DNA of 64,000 nt, taken from NCBI RefSeq assembly GCF_002113885.1, contig NW_018408062.1:336073-400072 (forward strand). Direction: 5' to 3'. The stretch's first letter is position 1, and each line of letters opens with the position of its first letter. This document shows positions 48,301 through 60,700 of the stretch, piece after piece. The notes under the pieces are model-generated. The model saw only the letters and a program-made list of their open reading frames with translations. It was not told where the DNA came from and made no database searches. The stretch is from Mizuhopecten yessoensis (lineage: Eukaryota). The translations under genes and the position numbers were made by a program.

Positions 48301-51300
48301 TCCATTCTTTAGTTCAAATTATGGGTTTTTTGATTTTTTGTTTTTCATCTTGTGATGATTTTAGAAAGGATTTCATTTTTTTAAATGCTCTAGTCTTCAC
48401 TGTCATAAAAATCCTCTAAATCATATAAATTTGTGACAAAATACTAGAAGTAGCTAAACTGATGTATTTCATCATTACTTGCGTGCGGTTTTCATATGAA
48501 GAAAGTATTGACGAGTGTTACGGGAAAAATATCTCTGCTAATCTTGAATTATTGATCTTTAAATATGATTAAATATTACATCGCGTGTATGTACCCATAT
48601 TGATTTAGATAAAATAAACTTGACTTGGCCGATATTTTCTATAGTTCTATACTATCTTATCCTTGCCATATTTCTCAATTCAGTGAATTGTCAGCATATA
48701 CTTCTTTTCGTTTGTACAACTTTATTAAAAAAATAAATTGTTCATTCAGTAACTACAAACAATAATGTTCCAGAACGCATTTCACATGTTTTGCATTATT
48801 ATTTGTGTAACGTCTAAATGGGCAATTCAAAATCAATTGTGCGCTGTTTCTATTTTCCAAATTTATATTCATTTCCAAACGGATTGTAAATGGTAAAATT
48901 TCAAGATACAAAACCTGCAATATGGACCAAGCATATATACTTCCATGTTTCAAATCAAATCAGCTGAACAAAACCTTGTGATAATGCAATACTTGAAATT
49001 GTATTAGATAAGTTCTTTCAAGACAAATATGAAAATATTTAGTCAACAAATATTTGTATGCTTTACTATACAATAAAATACTATTTCGGTTTTTTATATT
49101 TAAATTTTAGTTATTCTATCATTTGTTGTTCAAAACGTTTTAAGCTTACTGCAATCGCACACTTTTTGCTGTAAACTTATTTCATCTTTTCATCTTTTGA
49201 AATTTCATGATTCCTCAAAATGCAGATTCCATATTGTTTTTCTTCTTTTCTTCAGTTTTGTCGAGCAGATTCATAAATCGCTTATCTGTTTAAATTGTTA
49301 ATGCGCTCAAACTGGATTTGCAAATATTTATAAATATTTCTTCTTTCATTTGAAAGGCAATTATTTGAATGTGAAACTATTATTTTTTGACCACTGCTGT
49401 GTGCTCCATGTTTTTTATAGTCATTTTTGCGGTACTACTCAAAGATTAGCATTACCTAAAACGTACCAGTTCGTATTGGAATTTTTCCATTAACAACTTT
49501 TCAATTTATAATTACTTGTAAATGTTGAGATTAAATATTAATGACATATGTACCGGAGCTCACACCATAGGAGCACTAGAAAAAACAACGGAAACTGAAA
49601 AGACATCAAAACAAAATCAATGAATCTATCACAAAACCCTAAGGCCAAAACAGTTGAACAGGAAAGGTGAAAGCAATGTATTGTACATTTAAGTACTAAA
49701 CAGAGCCTAGGCACCCGTGTACCAATAGTACGTTCATCCACATCCATGGAGTGCTTATCTTAATTTTAAACAGGTCATACTCTCATAGCTAACCACTGCT
49801 TCCTGTTAAAGTACAATGTTTAACTTTGCGGAAACAATACAGTATGTATAGTGAGTTGATAGTTTGTCACGTAGGGCTTATATACCAAAACACAGTCAAC
49901 TTAACGGAATATGTGAGACAAATCGTAACAGAAGATTATTTACAGCAATAGTAAAAATGATTTAACCCGTTATAAATATACAAAAGAGATAAACATAATT
50001 GATATCCTTTGTATACAGTCCTAACAAATACCATAAGAAACGTATGACGGATTGTTCTGTAAAGCTAACGAAGCGTGCAGATGAGAGGCTTTGTATCAAC
50101 GACTTTAACAATGATAGGACTACATCACAGATACAGGTCACTATTTCCTACAGTAAGCGTCTGAACCACATTTATACTCGCGTTAGAGGCCGACAACGTG
50201 AAATTAGACCTGGCGTGGATCACGGAGGTTTGGGAATGATGAAACTTTTGTGACGAAGTAAATACCTCTTTTGGAGCGCGACTCCGACCTTTTCAGGAAA
50301 ATCTGATTGTGTAAGTAGAATAAAATGTCGATTTTTACAGCAGAACAAAATACGGTTGGTCATGTTCCTTGAGATCTAAATCGAAAGCTTTGTACATCTC
50401 TTTTAATCCAGGATTTGATAAATTTAAGTTTGATTTCAGCAACTCATTGCTATTCTTCGGACAAGGATGAAATTCGAATCAGTTACAATTGTAAACAGCT
50501 TTTGATAATTACTATCCTTTCTAACTGTAAAGGAATATAAAGCACACCAGGCGCAACATTCTCGAGATCGTCTTGAAAAGTTAGCGTTGTTTCTGTTTCG
50601 GTTACATCAACACATCCATTTCTATTAAACACATGCCTGTTTGTTATCCATTTTAATTTCCGAACACTTAACTAGCGGGTGTTTACAAGGAAGTGGAATT
50701 CTAAAAGGTTCCGCTGTCTTCTGTTTGGGCTAAATGATTGTGGTGTTTTAGCCTATCAAGCGATCTACTATATTACGCTAGTGGTAAATCTGTCTTTGCG
50801 GACCTACAATTGTCGACACAAACATAATGAATTATAATGAGCAAATTGAATATCTTACAAATCGAGCAAGCTGTAAAAAGAAAAAACAACAACATTACAA
50901 GTTACAAACATAAATTAATTTCCAGAGGAGAAACAACTACAGGAACCAAACATTTAAACAAAGCAAAAGCAAACAAACAAATGTAACAATAAACATATAC
51001 ATTTAAATACAAGGTGTTTGGAAAATGTTTGCTTTTATCTTAACAGAGCATAAACACTGCATAACTGCACTCAAATTCATGACGGTCATTCAATATCGGT
51101 AAAAGAAATATAAGCAATGGCTACGTGATCGCTTTACATACGCATCGATTGTTCTGTACTTTATGCTATTTTTTTTACGACAAATCTTTCAGTTGTTTTA
51201 ATTGATAAATACAATTCATAAAAAAATGGTGTTCTTGTGCAAAAGATTCGAAAGAGATTTTAAAGTTTTACTAACAATCTGACGAATAAGTATATTCGTT

Positions 51301-52690
51301 TTCTGGATGCGAAGTTAGTTGGAGTTTTTAAGTATAGCCTGTCTCGTGAATCATATGTGGCCCCTGGTGAAATCCTGGTTATAAATAAATGTAAAACAAA
51401 TGACGTTTTAGAAAGGTACGGAAAATATTTGCAGTTGAAGATTTACTTTAAGGAAACGTCTGAAATTGTTTAAAGTCAAAACAAACATAAATTCTGTTTT
51501 GAATTTTCATAGTTTTAATTTGCAAAAGCGGTTAATATTTGTTCTCATAATCGAACTGTACTCGTCTACCTTAAAATACATTTTTAAAAAACTGTCATCT
51601 TGATCCATATGCTAACAACATTTTTGTCCTAGGTAAAACAAGATATTATAGATGCTGTGGACGAAAGACATTCTTCCAAATGCAGCGTATTAGCAGCTAA
51701 CCTTTTAAAGTGTTATTGTTTGGTTTATTTCGAGATTGTCTAGACATGGAAGACTATTAACGGTTTCCATTTAACAGAAGAATAAATTGCCTGCACTTTC
51801 AATGATTAAACCATATTTAAAGCATAGACATGTCTGAGCAACAACCGATTGCGTCAAAACATTGAACACACATTGTCATTAAACTAAAAAATAACACCTA
51901 GACACTAAGTAGACTTTGTCGCAAACATAAAACATTGTTAAAAACGAATAGCAAGAGGCACCACACTATGGCAGATCCCTCCGTGCAGAGGCATTTGCAA
52001 ACGATTAGTATATATACTTAAAAGTGGCTTTAGTGTTATATATGGACGAGTTAAATGTCGTGTTCATTTTTTTACTTCGATATATCACTCATTTCAAACC
52101 TCTTGAATTGACCTGACGACTAAACACAGAAATCATTTTCAAAGTTTTGAAGGTTAAATAGGGAACAAACGGAATGGCTAATGTATCGCAGGTTCAAGTC
52201 TTTTATACTTGAACCTGCTACAAATTATTCAATGCTATGTAACAAATTGAGTTCTAGATAAAAACAAATGTTTACCCTGAAAATTCGTTATTGTTGACGT
52301 TAAATTCATAAAATAAGTGTGACAGACTTCAGCACCAATCCCTTACAGGGAAACTGTATTCAGTAAGCCTTAAAATGTTAGGGCTCTGTACTATCATGTT
52401 TATGGCAGAAAACATCAGGATAGAGGCCACATGTTATATAAAACACTAACGCCATTTTAAGTGTAGACACGTTACGGTAGCATCCGTTATCCTGTCTATG
52501 TTACCTTTCATATAAGTGAGATACTAAATATATGTCACCTTGACAACAGATCGCCACTACATTAAAATAGTACCAGAAGTCATGCTTTACAGGTCTGTTA
52601 TAACGTTCCCGGTATGAACATTGTGACAGACACATAGAATATATAAATGACTGGGAACGTTAATGTGTGTATGTAAATAGGATATACACT

Positions 52691-52873
52691 ATGTGATAAA
52701 TAGGCAAAACCACACATACGTGTTGATCTGAGTATTCGGATCGGATGAGCTTGTGGTGGCGGAGGAATATATCCCGAGTGCGCTTCGCATGAGTGATATA
52801 TTCCCTCCGCGCCACAAACGAATGCGATCCGAATACTCAGATCAACACATGTGTGGTTTTGCTTTTATCACAT
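52691..52873. repeat. 183-nt near-perfect palindrome/hairpin, probably the terminus of a non-autonomous YR (Crypton-like) element
   Basis: Arms ATGTGATAAA..GCAAAACCACACAT..GTGTTGATCTGAGTATTCGGATCG and CGATCCGAATACTCAGATCAACACATGTGTGGTTTTGCTTTTATCACAT; centre TGCGCTTCGCA. The hairpin is certain; the family is inferred. Confidence 0.8.
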
Positions 52874-54289
52874 GACTTAACCCTATTGTAGCCTTGGTAA
52901 TAAGGAATTTTATCTGATATGACTAAATGCACATTTTATGTTTTTCCTCTTTTTGTCGTTTTCCATCGGCACACAGGTCGACGCAATGCTAGGAATTAAA
53001 CGCTCGATAAACTTCTATGAAAAAATTAGCACACAAACGAATACATGTTTCTCTAATAGTGGTATAATGTTAACATCTACACAAATATGCTAACTTTAGC
53101 ATACATCACAAAGAAATAGTTAAAGTTTATGATATCTTTTTACGTTTTTATTACAGCGCTAGGTATAACCCACTAACCAACGACAGGAAAAAAAGAAAAC
53201 TCCAATATCAGGATAGTATTGCAATTATATATTCTAAATTTAATATTTATTCTGTTTGTTTGTTTATTTGTTTATTTTGTTCATTTTTTAGCTATTTTGT
53301 TTTGAAATTGCACAATAACACCCCCATGACCAAATGAAGACCATGTCCACTAATGATGTGATCACAAAAAGGAGACCGTTAATTATCATTTTACTTAAAT
53401 ATCAAAATCTTCACACGATACCATCACGACGAAAGTGTGCTAATTAGAGTCGAACGCATAGGAAATGTCCCAAAGATATGGTTTGGGACGCAATTTTGAC
53501 ACAGGAAGAAACCCAGATTATGAAAGGAATCCCATGTAAGTTACCTCTCACGATCTTGCCATTTGGTACAAAAAGGTCAGTCTTTTTACAACGTCATTGA
53601 ACCAGGGACTGTCATTGTAGGGAACAAGCATATTATCCTTTCCTTACGTAAAGAGTTCTGGATACACTTCCATCAATACATAAAATATTAAGCCTGAAAG
53701 GGAACAACCTTGGTAATCCCATAATTATGTCACCCGAATGATGTAATGCTAAATCAGCTTAAAGCCTCACGGCTAACTAATCAGTGCGTGTACGAATGTC
53801 AGGGCCTAGACACACTTAATCCTATTTCATTGCCTCGAATCCCTAATCATGTCTCTAACTGTAACTAGGATTCGCCGTCTGTCCTAATACATCGTAATGC
53901 ATAAAGAGGATAATGAAGCGTTCGTCATCATATAAAATACGCTTATACATGTAGCAAATATGTCAAATAATGGCAGAAGCATGTAGTCATCTGCATACTT
54001 GGAATTAGCATTTGCTACCCTTTCTGATCACAAAACGGCATTTCGATTAATAAATGCATACAATAGTATGTTGCTTGTAACAGATGTATTAAAATGTTTT
54101 GCATTATATTGTGGCGTAAACCTTTACACGACAAAGCACACGACATACTAAACTTATTATCTCCGGTCAAAGGTTACGCTTGAAATATGATAGATAACAT
54201 TCTGAACTTATCTTGGTTGAGTATTGGTAGTGTTAGCACCATCGACCAGTGGCAATCATAGCGATAATTCGGCTTTATCACAGTAAAGG

Positions 54290-54657
54290 TCGGCTCACGT
54301 GTCCATAAATGACGTCTGATGTGAAAGTGTGCCGATATCAGTAGTTTGGTTCATTACCGAATAATTCTCATAATAACGTCGACTTCCGGTGCATGCTTTA
54401 GACACTTCCGGACACGTGTCCTAACTCTATCGTTATCATTAGCTGGTGTGGTTTACACAGTGCTAGAGTGACGAATGAAAGTAGAGGACAGAAGTGGCTT
54501 TGACTAATGTGTTACCACTCCTGAAGCTACCTTGGCCGATTAATTAACCTAACTTGTTATTAGCAGTGCTGGCTAATGTCATTAACCAGGGCATTAGATC
54601 CGACCGTCACGCTATTTCTGTGCTAGAGACCATATTGAACGAAAATCGTCTGTGAGT
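54290..54657 (+). promoter_or_regulatory. Candidate TATA-less promoter and non-coding first exon
   Basis: E-boxes CACGTG (54296-54301, 54413-54418), two ETS-type ACTTCCGG (54382-54389, 54404-54411), a CRE half-site TGACGTC at ~54310, local CpG enrichment, and a downstream GTGAGT donor at 54652. Confidence 0.4.
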
Positions 54658-56380
54658 ATTCGTATTTCCTGAGTCAGAATGTCACTATGATATATAAAGT
54701 AATCAAAACGAACAAACTATCTAAACTGCCGATGATAAATAAGAAGTCGATACATCCGTCAATAATATTAACTTGGAAATACACAACGCTAACGTAAACA
54801 CAGTACAAATTGTCGAAATCTATTGCTCTCCATGCGCTGAATGGTTTGTGTCTGTACCACACGCAAAAGCTGAAACTACCTCAGTTATCTGATAACATAG
54901 TCTCTGGAAAATTACCAATTGTTTTGTAATTTTAAAGTGAAGACAACGACATTCGGTGTGTTCAGCACATAACAAACAGGCATGTATATAAGTATTGAAA
55001 ATATCGTAGATAAATACATATACAGTAGAACTTGGAATTCACGATATATAAATCTTAATACTTACAGCTAGTTATGTTTATTTCACACAGTACATGGAAC
55101 ATTTGCACTATTCAAAATGGTGTAAATCTTCCTAACAAACGATTATATTTATTGGAAACTGTATAAAATCTACACAGTTATTGAAGCAGCATTCCTCAAA
55201 ACGATTCCCAGTAAATGTACTCTTATAAACCTATCTGGATATCAAATTATAAATTCCAATTATAGCTGATCTACAATTTATCCTGATGTAATAAGTCACA
55301 TGCAATTTGAAATGACATGTTTTACATGATTCATCCTCCACTCAACTAACGCTAAGTGTTCCGAACCTTATGCTTATTAGATAAACAAAACGTAGAATGT
55401 AATCAAATGCAAAACAGATACTTTAGTTGAAGTGCAACATCAGTTAATGGAATTTTGATGAAACCTGTTTGAGGTGTTTTTTTTATTATTAGTGTTGTAC
55501 TATTAAAATTGCAGAACATGTCATTGTAGGGTAAAATCTGATAATTGTTTTGTACTAGGGAACATTGAGTTCTATAAGTACATCAAGATTTGTCACGTCA
55601 TTAAATATGAAAACCGTGACCTGAGCAAGAATGCATGAAAGCTTTTAAGCCAGTTCTATAAAATTCTATAAACACAATCGATAAGCAGACCACATTGGAA
55701 CACCTTGGTTGTGCGCCGTGTATCATGGTGAGACCTGCCATCCTTGCATCGTTCACGATTTGTGAGGTAGAGGTGAACTCTTTGACACCTGCAATTGTCA
55801 TCATAAGACTTTTGCAAAAAGCCTTACGCAATGTCTATATGAAGCTATATTTCCAAAATTATTTTAGTCTTCCGTTGTCACCGCGGACAATGTTAGACTT
55901 TTGCCGGGGTGAGAACCCAATTATCTGACTGATACGCAAAGGTGAATTAGTAGTATATCATGTCCTTACCAAACGGCTAGGTCTATATACACTGTATGAA
56001 CCACCGGATACAAACTCTAATATCAAGGTTAAGCAAGACTATTAAAGTCATGATCCAGGTTTTCGTATTTGACCAATTTATCAAAAGAAAAATATATCTA
56101 ACCTCTAACAGCATGATCATAAGCTTCTATCATTGGCAATAACTTTGCCTGTAAGTACTATTAACCCAGCATCCCATGCCAGAGCACATGATCTGTCGAA
56201 CAGTCCTAATTATAACCAATCGGCATCTTCTGGAGAGAAATATTGAGCAATCATTAATCTGTACATGATACATTGTGTGTATCAACTATATACACGAATA
56301 CAGACATTCCCCTCCCCCTCCCCCCCCTCCCNCTTAGACGACAAAGTTTCATGTATCTATCTCTCAGTTTACTAGAAGTC

Positions 56381-56384
<4 letters not shown>

Positions 56385-56423
<39 letters not shown>
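56385..56423. repeat. (CT)n microsatellite
   Basis: About 18 uninterrupted CT units. Confidence 0.97.
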
Positions 56424-56426
<3 letters not shown>

Positions 56427-57717
56427 TGTCAGTAATTAAGGAGACAGATTCAAATAAGTATTTTAATATTTTTTTCTGAATCCTGTACTTATGTATTGTA
56501 TGTATGACATGAAAATATGGTACAAACGTACACCTCGATTTCACACTTAATATGTTTATACAAAATATACAATGTAACAGAACGTCCATTTGTGAGTTTA
56601 AGTATAACAGGTTATAACCAAAAAAACAAGATATATCTAGTTTAATGTGTCTACAAAAGACAAAAGAGTTCCTGAAATTGTATGACTTATTACCTTTGTC
56701 ACATCAGGAGACACTGCACTAATCATTTCACATATAATGTCAGAATAAGAAACACAAGCAATTGTTTTGTTAAATGTTCAAAGTAAATTTCAATTCTTTG
56801 ATTTGTCAGCTTATTGTAAAAAGAAAATACAAAGAGGTTTTTTTCCATACATGTAGCAAGAAAAACTACTTAAAAATTAAATTTTCGTTCAAATCATTCC
56901 TGCAACACCTGTGACCTGGCTTTGTTTTTAAAACGAGGTAACCATTTGCCATGATTTTTTCTTAACTATATTACCAAAGCCACACTCTTGCTCAGAGTCC
57001 GTTTAACAATGGCATATGCCTCAAGTTCTTACACGCTGAATATATTCAATTCCACCTGGCAAAATGCCAGTCTTCTTTTAAATTGATATATCCCAAAATC
57101 GACAAACCAGAAAAATGTATAGATTCTTATTTAGTTTCACTGGAATTCAATAAACTGGTAAGATTTAAAGCAAAAAAAAACTACTATGCGTAGGCCCGAA
57201 AAGCAAATTGGATTAGATAAACTTCTATTACAATATTTTCTGCGAAATAACGACTGTATGAATATTCGCCGGAGGAGATGGGAAGGTCTGGTCTGCAGTT
57301 CGATATGTGTTTGCTTTAAAGCTAAATTTGCCTGCGGTAAACGCGTAAAGATGTTACGGTATAGAACACAATCGTATTAGTCGTCTTAATGTTGTATGGT
57401 TGTGAGGTTAAAGACTGAGTAAAACAAATAAAACCGATTCCTTCCGCTGTAGTGTTGTATTGGGATATTTTAACAGCGTGTCATCTTAAGATCGTGACTT
57501 GAATAAAACATCATTAGATAATCAAATCAACTTGATGCACAATCTGGAAATTGCCAAGATGATTTTTTTTCAGCAAGAGTGACAAAACGATTTTTTTCAA
57601 AAAAACACCAAAGATAACATAAAACTAATTTTAATCAATTTACTTTGAAATGAATGATCCAGAACATTTAAAATGTTAGATTTATTGTCAGTATGTGAAG
57701 AACATAATTATTATTTC

Positions 57718-60700
57718 TGTAAACTATTATAGCTTCAGTAAAATATTATAGCTTCAGTAAACTACATTTATTATAGCTTCAGACAACTATTATAACTTCA
57801 GACAACTATTATAGCTTCAGTAAAATTTTATAGCTTCAGTAAACTATTATAGCTTCAGTAAACTATTAAAGCTTCAATAAACTATTATAGCTTCAGTAAA
57901 CTATTATAGTTTCAATAAACTTTTATAGCTTCAGTAAACTATTATTCCTTCAGTAAACAATTATAGCTTCAGTAAACTATGTAGCTTCAGTAAACTGTTA
58001 TAGCTTGAGTAAACTATTATAGCTTCAGTAAACTATTAGAGCTTCAGTAAACTATTTTAGCTTCAATAAACTAATATAGCTTCAGTAAACTATTAAAGCT
58101 TCAATAAACTATTATGGCTTCAGTAAACTATTATAGTTTCAATAAACTTTTATAGCTTCAGTAAACTATTATAGCTTCAGTAAAATGTTATAGCTTCAGT
58201 AAACTACATTATGTATTATACCTTCAGTAAACTATTTTAGCTTCAATAAACTATTATCGCTTCAGTAAACTATTAAAGATTCAGTAAACAATTATAGCTT
58301 CAGTAAACTATTATAGCTTCAGTAAAATGTTATAGCTTCTGTAAACTATTATAGCTTCAGTAAAATGTTATAGCTTCAGTAAACTACATTATGTATTATA
58401 CCTTCAGTAAACTATTTTAGGTTCAATAAACTATTATAGCTTCAGTAAACTATTAAAGCTTCAGTAAACAATTATAGCTTCAGTAAACTATTATAGATTC
58501 AGTAAACTGTTATAGCATCAGTAAACTATTATAGCTTCAGTAAACTGTTATAGCTTCAGTAAACTATTATAGCTTCAATAAACTATTATAGCTTCAGTAT
58601 AATGTTATAGGTTCAGTAAACTATGTAGCTTCAGTAAACTGTTATAGCTTCAGTAAACTATTATAGCTTCAGTAAACTGTTATAGCTTGAGTAAACTATT
58701 ATAGTTTCAGTAAACTATTATAGCTTCAGTATAATGTTATAGGTTCAGTAAACTATGTAGCTTCAGTAAACTGTTATAGCTTCAGTAAACTATTATAGCT
58801 TCAGTAAACTGTTATAGCTTCAGTAAACTATTATAGTTTCAGTAAACTATTATAGCTTCAGTATAATGTTATAGGTTCAGTAAACTATGTAGCTTCAGTA
58901 AACTGTTATAGCTTCAGTAAACTATTATAGCTTCAGTAAACTATTATAGTTTCAGTAAACTGTCATAGCTTCAGTATAATGTTATAGCTTCAGTAAACTA
59001 TGTAGCTTCAGTAAACTGTTATATCTTCAGTAAACTTTTATAGCTTCAGTAAACTATTATATCTTCAATAAAATTGTATAGTTTCAATAAACTTTTATAG
59101 CTTCAGTAAACTATTATACCTCCAGTAAACTATTATAGCTTCAGTAAACTATTATAGCTTCAATAAACTTTTATAGCTTCAGTAAACTATTATAGCTTCA
59201 GTAAACTATTATAGTTTCAATAAACTATTATAGCTTCAGTAAACTATTATAGCTTCAGTAAACTATTATAGCTTCAGTAAACAAGTATAGCTTCAGTAAA
59301 CTAATATAGCTTCAATAAACTGTTATAGTTTCAATAAACTTTTATAGCTTCAGTAAACTATTATAGCTTCAGTAAACTATTATAGCTTCAATAAAATTTT
59401 ATAGCTTCAGTAAACTATTATAGCTTCAGTAAACTGTTATATCTTCAGTAAACTATTATTGTTTCAATAAACTATTAAAGCTTCAGTAAACTATTATAGC
59501 TTCAATAAAATTGTATAGCTTCAGTAAACTATTATAGCTTCAGTAAACTATTATAGCTTCATTAAACTATTATAGCTTCAGTAAACTATTATAGCTTCAT
59601 TAAACTTTTATAGCTTCAGTAAACAATTATACCTTCAGTAAATTATTATAGCTTCAGTAAACTATGTAGCTTCAGTAAACTGTTATATCTTCAGTAAACT
59701 ATTTTAGCTTCAGTAAACTACTTTAGCTTCAGTTAACAAGTATAGCTTCAGTAAACTAATATAGCTTCAATAATCTGTTATAGATTCAGTAAACTATTTT
59801 AGCTTCAGTAAACTGTTATAGCTTCAGTAAACTATTATAGCTTCAGAAAACTATTATAGCTTCAGTAAACTATTATAGCTTCAGTAAACTACATTTATTA
59901 TAGCTTCAGACAACTATTATAGCTTCAGTAAACTATTGTAGCTTCAGTAAACTTAGAGCTTCAGTAAACTATTAGAGCTTCAGTAAACAGTTATAGCTTC
60001 AGTAAACTATTATAGCTTCAGTAAACTAATTTAGCTTCAGTAAACTATTATAGCTTCAGTAAACTATTATAGCTTCGGTAAACTAGTATAGCTTCAGTAA
60101 AATGTTATAGCTTCTGTAAACTATTATAGCTTCAGTAAAATGTTATAGCTTCAGTAAACTATTATAGCTTCAGTAAACTATTTTAGCTTCAGTAAATTTT
60201 TATAGCTTCAGTAAACTATTATACCTTCAGTAAACTATTATAGCTTCAGTAAACTATTATAGCTTCAATAAACTTTTATAGCTGCAGTAAACTAGTATAG
60301 CTTCGGTAAATTAGTATAGCTTTAGTAAACTATGTAGCTTCAGTAAACTGTTATATCTTCAGTAAACTATTTTAGCTTCAGTAAACTATTATTGTTTCAA
60401 TAAACTTTTATAGCTTCAGTAAACTATTATAGCTTCAGTGAACTATTATAGTTTCAATAAACTATTATAGCTTCAGTAAACTATTATAGTTTCAATAAAC
60501 TTTTATAGCTTCAGTAAACTATTATACCTTCAGTAAACAATTATAGCTTCAGTAAACTATGTAGCTTCAGTAAACTGTTATAGCTTCAGTAAACTTTTTT
60601 AGCTTCAGTAAACTGGTATAGCTTCAGTAAAATGTTATAGCTTCAGTAAACTATTATAGCTTCAGTAAAATGTTATAGCTTCAGTAAACTATTAGAGCCT

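Noticed and set aside
50170-50640. Possible further Crypton-like or other TE remnant
   Set aside because: Only vague peptide resemblance across multiple stops; cannot be supported without a search.
56310-56335. C-rich tract with an ambiguous base (n at ~56332), possible G-quadruplex on the minus strand
   Set aside because: Short, and contains an uncalled base, so local sequence quality is doubtful.
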